From NCBI GenBank assembly GCA_013239625.1, contig MU054693.1:248001-312000 (forward strand): a stretch of 64,000 nt of DNA, in the 5' to 3' direction. Both the position numbers and the translations under genes were made by a program. Positions within the stretch are counted from its first letter, which is position 1. Each line of letters opens with the position of its first letter. This DNA comes from Lama guanicoe (Eukaryota). Shown piece after piece: positions 37,956-48,200 of the stretch. The notes beneath the pieces are model-generated. The model ran no database searches. It saw nothing but the letters and a program-made list of their open reading frames with translations, and was not told where the DNA came from.

Positions 37956-40389
37956 TGCACGGTATAGACCAGCCCCTGCTCGGGGCCGGTGCTCAGCAGA
38001 CATCGGCTTGGATCGCTGCCCTTGTTGCGGGCAGTTCCACTTTGGGTTTAGTGAAAATAACTCGTCATCTCCGAAGGACCCTCCGGCTCTCAGGTCCTGG
38101 GAGTGAAGGCGCTGGAGCGCTTTGCGCACAGCATGGTGGAGGAGCTTTGGGAGACTTGTTTTGACTGGCAGCTCCTTCCCCAGGGTGTTGACTGGCAGCT
38201 GTTTCAAGGTCTTTTGAAAGATTCCTTTCTCCCTTTCTGAGCCTGGTTCCCCGTCAGTTTGGGTGCAGGAAGACCTCCTCTGCCTCTTTGAGCTGGGGGA
38301 GGGGGACTTCGGTGAGCCCCGCTTGGTGGAGGAGAAAACTGGAGGTCAGGTTGTTAAAGCAGAGTGGGGGTGTTGACGGGCAATAGAAATGTCACCCTAC
38401 TCTAAAGAAATAAATCACCTGCAGCCCAGCCTGGAGATGGGAATGCACCCCAAACTAGGCCAGCATCTGCAGTTTTTTTTGCCTTGAGGTCAAACGGGGC
38501 AGCTCTTGGCAGAGTCCCCGGTGTCTGCACACTCCTCTTTTTTCCTGTCTTTCTGGGACCCGGCTGTCCTGTTCCCGCCCTCGCTGGTTTCATCGCAGTC
38601 ACTTCCCCCTCCACTCCTCTTGGCTGGGTCCCCTGTCTCCCTGGTTTATTGTTACTTCCACGTCTTCTCCTCCCTCCCTTTCCTCAGGCCCGCCATCGGC
38701 TTTGATCTTTTCCGAGCTCTTTTCAGAGCAGCACTCACTGGTGGGGTGAATGGCCTCCCTTTCGCAGGAGCATTAGTGCCCTTCCTGGCCTCCGCTGGTG
38801 CCAGACCGAGCTTTCATCTCCCAGGGGAATCTCATTAGCTGTCCATCACAATGGGACCCACACCAGGCTGGGACGCCCAGAGCCCATTTAAATTAGTTAA
38901 TAGCCATTTTTGTTGTTGTTGCCTCAGGCCTTTTTTTTTCACATCTTGGATGCTGAGCGGAAAAAACAACTTTGTTTGTTGAAAGTGTGAAACAAAAAAA
39001 TATTGAAGGTGGAATACTTTGACAAAAAGGAAGATCATTGTAGGTGAATTTCCCCCACATCTGACAACCAAGTCTTACCTGCTGCTTTGGAGTTCAGCCA
39101 CGGGAACCTGAAAACCAGGGGAGGAGTTTGGGAGGAGGGGAGGAAAAACATAGCAAATCAGTCAGCTTTGTTTCCTTCTGTTAAAATATTTCTGTAATTG
39201 GTGATGGAAAACTGAAGAAATTAAATGATCATGTCAGCGCAGGAAAAAGCTGCCACCGTTTGGCAATTAAGAGGATAGTTTATACTGGACCTTTTGAAAA
39301 AGGCTGAATTTGACCATATTTCCGACCCAGTAAAGGGAGAACTGATTATGTGCCCTGCCTAGATCCAAAACGGAGCTCTGGGGCGCCACTTCAGCCGCAT
39401 CTGGAGGAGGACATTTCTTGTAAATTCAGTCTGTTGTGCTCTTGGGAAGCCTGTTACCCAGCAGCCACGTTCACAGATTTAACCTGCGTCTGGCATTGGG
39501 TCTCTGGCTTTGGGTGGACTTGACCAGGCTGGGAGGTGGCGGGCAGGTGATGCCGGGCACCTGGGACAGGTGCCTTTATCAGCCAACTGGGAGAGCTGGC
39601 CAGTGCTGTCCTAGGAGAGGTGGCACAGGCTCGGTCCTGACAGCGTCTGGGCCCACGCACCCACCGCCCCTCACCGTCAGCTCTGTGGCCTTGGGCCCCT
39701 TCCCAACCTCTGTGAGTCTCCAAATGGGCAGAAGGAGGCAGCTTCCTTAGTCACCTTGGGGGTGAAATGAGCAGGGCACACACATCATAAGCTCTCGTGA
39801 AGGTAATTATCAGGTTAATAAAAGCATCCTGTGGCCCTGAGAAAGCACCTTTCAGAAGTAAGGGGAACCCCATCGATCCCCCCCACCCACTGGAAACATT
39901 TCACTATGAAAATATTTCACCACCACTGCCCCGCCCCCTCCTTCCACAGCCCCATCATGAAATCTGGGTAGTATTGTTCATCTTGATTCATAAAAATACA
40001 AGTTCTGCTTCGGGTTTGCAGGCCTTTGTTTTAAAGGCCTTTTTCCTGTCGTGCCCAGAACATTCTGCCACCCGAGCAGCCTGGTCCCTCAGCTGCAGCA
40101 GGGGTGGGCCTGGGAGTCTGTGGGAAGTGCCTGGTCTCGGCCCCACCCCGCACCTACCTGCTTAATCCGCAGCTGCCAGGTGGCAGGACCCCCAGGGGAT
40201 TTGTATGCAGCCTCTGCATGTTAGCATCCCCAGCGTAGCTAGGGAGGCTGGCTTGGTCTCTGGGCCCCACCCCGGAAATTCTGATTCTAGGTCTACAGTG
40301 GGCCCAACTGGCAGACACCATGGCTCATCTTATAGGTAGGAAATAAATACCCAAGGAGGATACAGTATTTCAGTCTGAAGAGGAGAGAG

Positions 40390-40560
40390 AAGGCTGCTGT
40401 AACAAACTTCATCATTTTTGCTGTTGAAAACAACAGAAGTTTATTTCTTGCTCACACTACACACCCACCCTGAGATGTTGGAGGGCTGAGCTCCACAGTC
40501 ACCCTGGGACCCGACTTCACAGAGGCTCCCCCGTCTTGCGAATCTACCATCGGAGTGTGT
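40390..40560 (-). mobile_element. MLT1 (ERVL-MaLR) LTR fragment
   Basis: gctgctgtaacaaac...aaaacaacagaagtttatttcttgctcacac. Confidence 0.6.
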
Positions 40561-40919
40561 CTCTCAACACCGCTGGGGAAGGAGAGCGAGGCGAGCCCAC
40601 GTTGCTCTGCACTGTCTCCGGCGGAAGTAACACCTGCCACTTCCACTTCCTGCTGCCTTGGCCGGAACTGAGCCCGTGGCCCAGCCACGAGGGAGCCTGG
40701 AAAGTACCCGTGCTCCAGGAAGGAAAGGAGGACCCGACAGTGAACCCAAGCAACTCCCAGCAGATGGAGAGTCAAGATTCCCAGCAGGGTGAGGGTAGAG
40801 CAGGGTACATAGTCCTTAGCTCCTGTCTCCCTCTCTCCACCCGTCAGGCCCTTGCTTCTGCCCCCAAACCTCACGTGAGCCAGTCTCCCTGGATGTCTGA
40901 GTGACAGAAGGGATCATCC

Positions 40920-41370
40920 GTTCAGTCAGCACACACATCTGGAGAACCTCTGTGTCAGGCACTAGGCAGACATGGTCTCCAGCTCTGAGTTCACAGTCAA
41001 GTTAGGGAGACTGACACTAACAAAAATGGCAGAGAAATAATTATACAAGCTCAGTCGTGAGGAATGCTGTGAAAGGAAAGATCTGAGCCAGGAGACATGA
41101 CCCAGTCGGGGTTCTGGGAGGCTTTTCCGAGCACATGGATCTAAACCAGTCCCAGAAGGAGGAAGAGGAGCCCAGGAGGAGAAGGTGGGGAGGGGATGGA
41201 GCACTGGAGGAGGAGGAGCCAGAGCATTAGGGGCTGAGACATCTCGGAAGGCGGGAGAGGAGAGGAGGCAGGACCTTGAATGCCAGGTTAACACCTGAAT
41301 TCTGTCCTAAGTGCATTCACATGCTCTGAACAGGTTTTCAGCGGGGGAGTGACATTAAGTTAGATTTCTA
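40920..41370 (-). mobile_element. L2 fragment
   Basis: tgtgtcaggcactagg...gttcacagtc...gaccttgaatgccaggttaa...ggggagtgacat. Confidence 0.6.
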
Positions 41371-41377
41371 GCTTTGT

Positions 41378-41590
41378 AATACTAACCGCTAATACATCTT
41401 GAACGACATGCACACGTTATTTTATTTAATCTTCACAGTTATCCCATGTGGTAGGGACTATTTGCTATTATCCCCATTTTCCAGATGGGCAAACTGCAGC
41501 TAAAAAAGATGAAAGAACTTGCCCAAGGTGGCGCTGCTGGATGAGGTGGAGCCAGAATGTAAACCTCCAGAGCCACAGACCTCACCCCCT
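41378..41590 (-). mobile_element. MIR SINE
   Basis: atttaatcttcacag...tattatccccattttccagatgggcaaactg...aacttgcccaaggt. Confidence 0.75.
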
Positions 41591-44500
41591 CAGTGCAGAA
41601 TGTCCCCTCCGGGAGCCACAGAGGGAGGGAACTAGGTGGAGCTCTTCTGCTCATCGCGACAGGAGGAGGCTGGAGTTCAGACAGTGGAGTGGGGAGGAGC
41701 AGAGGGATTCGAGATGAGCGATCTGTAATGCAAGAGACTGCCTGAGTGTGAGGGGCCGGAAAAGCCCGGGTTTCCATCTGAGGCCGCTGCCTGGAGGGCG
41801 CTGTCCTTACTGAGAACACAGAGGAGGCGCAGGTGTGGAAGAGCATCCCTGTAATTAGCACGATGCCTTCCCTGGCTTGGCGCCTTGCAGATACCAAAAC
41901 TCAGCCCGAAGAGGTCAAGTTCAGAGGTCAGCCAAGGGAGGGAGGTGGGAGATGGGCACAGGTTTGCCAGGCACCCAGCAAGCAGGAGGATGGGGGGCAG
42001 AGATTCTTGGCAGTGTTTGGGTAAAGGCCCTAAATTCCAGAAGCCACGGGGCCAGGCAGATAGCATGAGTGAAGCAGGCTTGGGTGGCAGACAGGACGCC
42101 AGGCAAACTGCAGATGCGTGCCCTGCCCAGAGGCACCGCCCCTCCTTGGCTCCTGCTGATGGCGGCCACTTGGATATGTGGGGGCAGGGCCAGGTCACGG
42201 TCCCAGCGATAATTAGGAGCCGAGCACATCACATGGTTGGACTCATGTAATCTTCACTACAACCCACGAGGCAGGTGCACTATTACTGCCCCCAGATCTT
42301 CCGATGTGTCGAGAGAGGCTGGGGATCCAAGTTAGGGGACGTTTTCAGAACTTTAAATCTGTGCTAAAAATTGTAAAAAAAAAAAAAAAAAAAAGGTGCT
42401 GTGAGACAAAGCATCCCAGCCATGAATGTGGCCTCTGGGTGACCAGTCTGCTTGGGGAATTGGGCCCCAGGCCAGGTGCTCAGAGTGCCCAATGGCCAGA
42501 TCTAGACCCACCCAGGGGCAGGAGATGGACCTTCTGCGTCTTGGGGAAGAAGCACACCCGGAACTGGGGACAACAAAGCCGGCCCGCCTGCCTGCTCCGT
42601 GGGGCTCGGTGGGCGCGGGGCCTTGTGAGAGGCTTTGTCCAGCAAGTGGTAAGGGCCAGAGAGTTCTCCAGAAACTTTGCTTCTTTGGGAAATGTGATTG
42701 TAAGGAGTGTCTTACCAGCCCATAAATGGCACTTGCATGGGGTTTTAGCGGGGCATCTGGAAGGGTAAGAGCCAGGCTCTAAGCTCAGGTATCACTGGGG
42801 CCCCACTTGCTTGGCTGTGTTTTGTAGCCGTTAATTTCGCCCTGCCGGTCACCACCTGCCATTTTGCCAAGTTATCATTACTACCAGCTTTTTTTTGGTT
42901 TTTTTTTAAAAGGCATTGCTCATTTTAGAAAGCTGTCTGTCAGAACTGCTTAAAATAAAAACAGTCTTTGCACTTGGAGGAATAAGTTAATCTTGAAAGT
43001 CACTTGGGTAAGAATTTCTCAACACTGTTGGGTACATGAACTGTATTTGCAAGGAAGCCAGTACAGGTGTTTCTGGTGTGTGGCCTTTGATGAGTGGGCC
43101 CTTTGCAGTTTATTTCTTGATTCAGCAAATACGTATTGAGACCCTGCTAGGTGCCAGGTGGTATTCTAGGCCTTGGGGACACAGCATGAACCAGATGAGC
43201 GTGATCCCTGCCTACACAGACCTGACCTTCTAGTGGGGCTCACCAGCCCGGGCAGGCCATGGGAGCCCAGAGGGAGAGCGGGCGAGTCCGAGGGCCAGGG
43301 AGAGTGGAAGAGAGGGGGCGGGCAGACCCCCGGCCTGGTGGAGGAGAAGCACTTCACGTCCATGACCATTTCCCAGGGTGGAGGGGAAGCCGCAGCTGAG
43401 AGGGGGTTCTGTAAGCCAGGGAGCCCGCGGCCTCACTCTTGGGGGTGTGGCCTCTCTGGCCTTGGGTGTGGCCACAGCTGGGCTAGCTTCTGGATCGTTT
43501 GCAACTCCCCAGGCGAGGCCCGGACCCGCGCTGCTGATTCCCACCTGGTCGTTTTGCTGCTGAGGTCTGTCTGTCAGCCCGTCACAGTGTCCTGGTCGGG
43601 GCGGGAAAAACTGACAGGACAACACAGGCAGACCATGCTTAGTCTTGTTCTCAAAGTTGATCATTTTTATGTGGGGTTGTTTGTTTCATTTTGTCCTTTA
43701 ACCACAACATTTGTAATGGCAGGAGTCCCTAATGAAGACAGTCAAATAAAACTGTGAGTTTGAACACAACTATCACATTAGGTAGAATCTCTTAATTTGC
43801 TGATGGATGGCAGACATTAGCCATCAATGGTGTCATCGAATTTCAAAACTACAGGGGATCTCAGCCCAGCCCTTTGCTTTTCAGGAGAGACACTGAGACC
43901 CAGAGAGATGAAGCCACCAGACAGTGCCAGGGCCTAAACCCAGTGCCCCTTCCCTCTGGTCACCAGACACTGCTAGTACTTAAAGCAGTCGTGCCCTTGG
44001 CCCTGTTGAAGGAGCTAGGGGACAGTGGGTGTAGCCCACTGGGCACTGAAAAGAGACCTGGGCTCTTAGGGGGCTGGTCAGAGGGCCACACTGGGAGTGG
44101 CACAGCTTTTCAGAAAGGTAGGAACCTGAGACCCAAGGGAAGGATCATCAGAAATGGTCAGTCCCCATCACAAGCTATGCAGCTACAAATTATGAGACAG
44201 AATGGGAATTAAAGGGAGCAGAAAGACCAGTTACACGGGCTGGAAAAGCACTCCCGGGTAAAGATGTCGAACGTGGACAGTTGGCAGTAAGCCTCTGCGT
44301 TCATGTGTTTCTTGCAGGAATGCGGCTCTATGGTCCGCCCCCTCTTTACCTCTCCACTGCTCGTGCTCTCTGCTCTCTCAGGTGCTGCACCTGCCTGCGG
44401 TTGCTGGAAAGTTCCTCACTCCACTTGCCTCCAGGCCTGAATACCTGTGACCTGCCTACAGCACACCTCTTTCCCCTCCCCTGCCCCCAACTTCGCTAAT

Positions 44501-44632
44501 TAATTTTCGACCTTCAGATTTTATCAGCTGTCCTTTCCTCCACGAGATGTCACATAAAAGGAGCACCTTCGTCTTGTCCTCTCTGTGCTGGTTCCCAGTG
44601 GCTCTAACCCCAGTCATTGTCCTTGGTTCTAG

Positions 44633-44710
44633 GTGACAGACCATGCCACCACTGCCCTCCTCCACTATCAGCTGCCCCAGATGCCTGATGTCGTGGTCCG
44701 GTCCTTCATG
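44633..44710 (+). CDS. MED27: MED27 penultimate coding exon (78 nt, 26 aa; probably exon 7)
   Basis: Branch-point-like ctctaac at 44602-44608, ttggttctag|GTG ... ATG|gtaagt; translates VTDHATTALLHYQLPQMPDVVVRSFM. Confidence 0.97.
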
Positions 44711-46819
44711 GTAAGTGGCTTTGAGAGCCAAGTCTCCCCCTTGGTCCTCGGCCCTTCGGGTGAGAACAGACAGCTCACAAGGTGGCTGGCTCGTCTTCAT
44801 CTCACCGGGGCCTCTTGGCAGGAGATGGCCCGGTTTGGAAATGATTCATCTTTTAAACTGGGGACGGGTCTAGGAGAAACCAGTTCCCTCTTAATTAACT
44901 GGTGTTTTCTGTCAGTGCTGAGCAAATGTGGGTGGTTTCAGAAGTGATTGTCTGACACAGTCCCCACCCTTGATTTAGTCACTGGGTGTTCATTGAGCTC
45001 CAGGCCCTGCGCTTGGCGCTGGGCAGGTGCAGTGACTAAGATGAATCCTGCCGTTCCTCCAAGACACCTACGCCTTGTCCTGGCAGTGTCAGAGCTCAGG
45101 AAGGAGACTGGCCCAGAAACAGCCATTCCTGTGGTCTCTGGTTTGCTGGAGTCGGCTGCTGCCAGCTCTTGTTAAATGTCCAGGATTTCTCGAGCTGGTT
45201 GTTCAGCCACTGGTAGCTTGACATCGAACCGAAATACTTACATTGTGGAAATCAGTCCTCCAGGTCAGGAAGCCCCCTCCGCCCCCCCGCCTCCCCCGAG
45301 CCACTTCATTAGCATGCGGCCGCCCAAATTTATCATGTGACCACAGGTTGGCCTGAGCAGGGCCAACATCTGTGTCCACCACGTCCCGACAGAACTGGCC
45401 AGCTGTTTGGACACCCCACTGACCTGGCTTTGTGCTCACACCAGTCGGCTCCGTTGTTCACTGCTGTTAAACCCCCTTTTAAACTCACGCTAGGAAGGCT
45501 GCCGTTAGAGAAGGCACTCAGGAGACAGAGCCGTCCGCAAGTCCGATCAGTGCTGGCAGCTGGGAGGCGGATCGCTCTTCCACTCCGTCTCCTCCCATTT
45601 GCCACCACAATTAAGCTTCTAGGAGCCTGCAGTTTATTTCTCAGAAAATACAGCCCAGCTCATTGATCAGTCCCACATTGGGGAGGCCGCCGAAGCAGAC
45701 CCAGGTGCTCAGCGCAGCCGTCCACGCAGCGGTCCTCTCCTGTGTCGAGAGAACCGTGTCAGGCGACTGTCTTTAGCGAGCACTTCCCTTTCATGTCGAT
45801 AGAAAGACTCACTTTTACACCTAACAGGTTGTGATGCCCAGTTTCCCTTTGGTAACTGACTCTGAGATCAAGAAGTAAAAATAGTTTAACTGAAGGATCC
45901 ACTGACCTCCTCCTGTTTATTGCCGAAACCTCCAACACCAGCCTTCGGCAGGGGGACAGGATCGGGGGTCACTGTCGGCCTCCAGGAAGACAGCTCGGAT
46001 GAAGATAGGATTTGTAGCAGTAAACTCGCCGACCTCTTCAAAGAACAATTTTCTCTGACCGGCGTAATTTAGGAGGACATTGAATGACGAGATTCACGTG
46101 CCCCCGTCACAGTGAGAACTTGCTTAACTCACTGCCTATTACCATGGGTTTGGGTCGACGAGCTCACACTCTCCTTGAGTTTGAGAATTGAGTTATGTGA
46201 GTCTCATCCTTATGTATGATGCCCGAGGGAACTCTGCACTCTGAACCACTCGAGGCTGTACTTGCTGCTTATTATGTTATTTGGTGGCACCAGGTCGGCC
46301 CCACCCTCCCCCCAGGTGCACTGGGCCACGTCGTGACAGTGAGTGGTGACCTCTGAAATCAGATTAGAAGGAAGGCACGTTGACCTTAGGAGAGAATTCT
46401 GAAATTGCCACCCACGCGCAGCCCCCTCCGCACGCGTCCACGCCCACCCCTGGGTGGTGACCCGGGAGAGGATCAGGGCTAACACCCAGGAGACGCGGGA
46501 CTTGGGGGTGAAGTGTTACTTGCAGCCCCGGAGCCCCGAGGCTGCGCCTAGTTCACGGCCACTCCTCCGGGAGCGTGTCCTGCCTCTGAGAGGAGGGGTT
46601 TCTATTTTAAAGCTCCCTTCATTGGGAGGGGCCCGGGGCGCACCAGAACTGAAAACGAGCAGTGTTGTGACTTTGCGGATTCTGCGTGCAGCGTTTTGTA
46701 AAATCACAGGGTCCCTCCTGGGTTCTCTGCCCTCGAGATCATTAGACCTGACGGGAAGGATGACGTTGGAAGCCCCCGGATCCTGTTTCTTTCATTTCTC
46801 TCCTCACTTCTCTTTTTAG

Positions 46820-46954
46820 ACCTGGTTAAGAAGTTACATAAAGCTGTTCCAGGCCCCATGCCAGCGCTGCGGGAAGTTTCTCCAAGATGGCCTTCCCCCC
46901 ACGTGGAGGGACTTCCGAACCCTCGAAGCTTTCCACGACACCTGCCGGCAGTAA
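46820..46954 (+). CDS. MED27: MED27 terminal coding exon (44 aa + TAA)
   Basis: Long pyrimidine tract ending ttctctttttag|ACC; translates TWLRSYIKLFQAPCQRCGKFLQDGLPPTWRDFRTLEAFHDTCRQ, stop TAA at 46952-46954. Confidence 0.97.
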   Translation, partial: TWLRSYIKLFQAPCQRCGKFLQDGLPPTWRDFRTLEAFHDTCRQ

Positions 46955-47350
46955 CCCCCGCCCACAGACCCCCGTCCGGCACTGCCCTAGACAAGCCCTA
47001 AGTGATGCCGATGACTCAGACGTGTCTTCACAGCCCCGGCGTCACTCCCTCCCTCCTGCAAAACAGCATGCTGCACGTTGAGGCCGAACTTGAAGAGCAG
47101 ACCCCGTCTCTGCTGATGGAACTAATTAGATGCTTTAGCTGGAGAACGGAAGGTAGAGAAGACCTGCGAGGACTCAGTATCAGTGACACAGTGTGTTCTC
47201 CCCTGCATGTTAGTGAGGCGGTGAGCTGAATCCTGGGTCTGTCCATGTTCTAAGTTGTTTCATGGTTTGAATGAGCCCTTGTGTCTTGCGGGCTTGTGTT
47301 TTGTTTTGTAACTTATTTTTATAAGCAATAAACCTTTTGTACCCAGGACA
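46955..47350 (+). other. MED27: MED27 3' UTR (3' end approximate)
   Basis: Sequence between the stop codon and the first canonical poly(A) signal. Confidence 0.8.
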
Positions 47351-47372
47351 AGGCTTTGTCTTCTGTTTCTTA
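47307..47372 (+). terminator. Cleavage/polyadenylation signal of MED27
   Basis: Upstream TGTA (47307-47310, CFIm motif) in a U-rich run, AATAAA at 47327-47332, and a downstream GU/U-rich element (ctttgtcttctgtttctt). Confidence 0.85.
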
Positions 47373-48054
47373 AAGCACCTTTGACGTGCAGCTCTGTGAA
47401 CATGCGAGCAGATCTGGGCCTTTCGAGGAAGGCAGACTTAGTGATGTCTGTATTTGAAATGGTGCTTTTTGAGGACTCATTTCCCTGCTTCTTGCAGGAA
47501 AGAGGGCAGTGTTGGCAAATCTTCCATTTCAAAGATGTTTTGGCGGCTTTGAAAATTGTTCTTTTTGAGGGAAAAAGTACACAGATGTTTCATTTTACGA
47601 AACCAGGAATTCACGCACATGCCGAAGGGAAAGGAACCTGCCCAAGTGACCAGCGGGACACGTGTGAGCTGGGTGTGCCTGGCTTGCGTGTCCCGTGTTT
47701 TGCCCTAAATGTTAAGATGAACAGGTTCCAGCCCAGACTGCTGAGCTTATTCAGGGCCTTGACCCGCAGTTTGAAGCCACAACCTGTTCGTAGGAAGAAG
47801 CATTGACCTGCTGAAGGTCTTGTGAAGGATGGGAGAGTCCCCAGAGCTTTCCAGACCCAGCCTCCACTACAAGTAATGTTCTCTTTATAATGAATGATGC
47901 CAGAGAGATGCTGCCTTCTGAGAAGTCCCAAAGAATGGTGGCTCCTACCTGGGTTCTGGTCCTACACAGACCCTACACGCCGAACCCTACCGGGCTGAAA
48001 GAAGCCAGAAGATGAAGGCGATTTGGTGATGGGGAAGTGATGGACAGGGCCACT

Positions 48055-48200
48055 CCAGGTGTGGTCCTGTAGCTGTGGTATCATGGGAGCTTCTCAGAAA
48101 CACAGATCCTCACGCCCCACCTTGGACCAACTGAATCAGATGCTCTGGGAAGTGGGGTCCAGCAGTCTGGTTACTAACAAGCCCTGCAGGCGAGAACCTC
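48055..48200. mobile_element. MER5A DNA transposon
   Basis: gggagcttctcagaaacacagatcctcacgccccacc...actgaatcagatgctctggg...ttactaacaagccct. Confidence 0.75.

Larger units (their letters stand above)
1..47350 (+). other. MED27: MED27 transcription unit, 3' portion (5' exons lie upstream of the window)
   Basis: Four collinear GT-AG exons splice in frame to VTLGKVLKVIVVMRSLFIDRTIVKGYNENVYTEDGK|LDIWSKSNYQVFQK|VTDHATTALLHYQLPQMPDVVVRSFM|TWLRSYIKLFQAPCQRCGKFLQDGLPPTWRDFRTLEAFHDTCRQ*, which I recognise as the mammalian MED27 C-terminus. Introns are 9378, 18292 and 2109 bp. Confidence 0.96.

Noticed and set aside
44611-44613. Alternative acceptor CAG 19 nt upstream of the 78-nt exon
   Set aside because: Only about 5 nt after the predicted branch A, too close to be used; it would also frameshift.
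44711-44947. ORF extension past the 78-nt exon (VSGFESQV...)
   Set aside because: Intron read-through after GTAAGT; the true continuation is at 46820.
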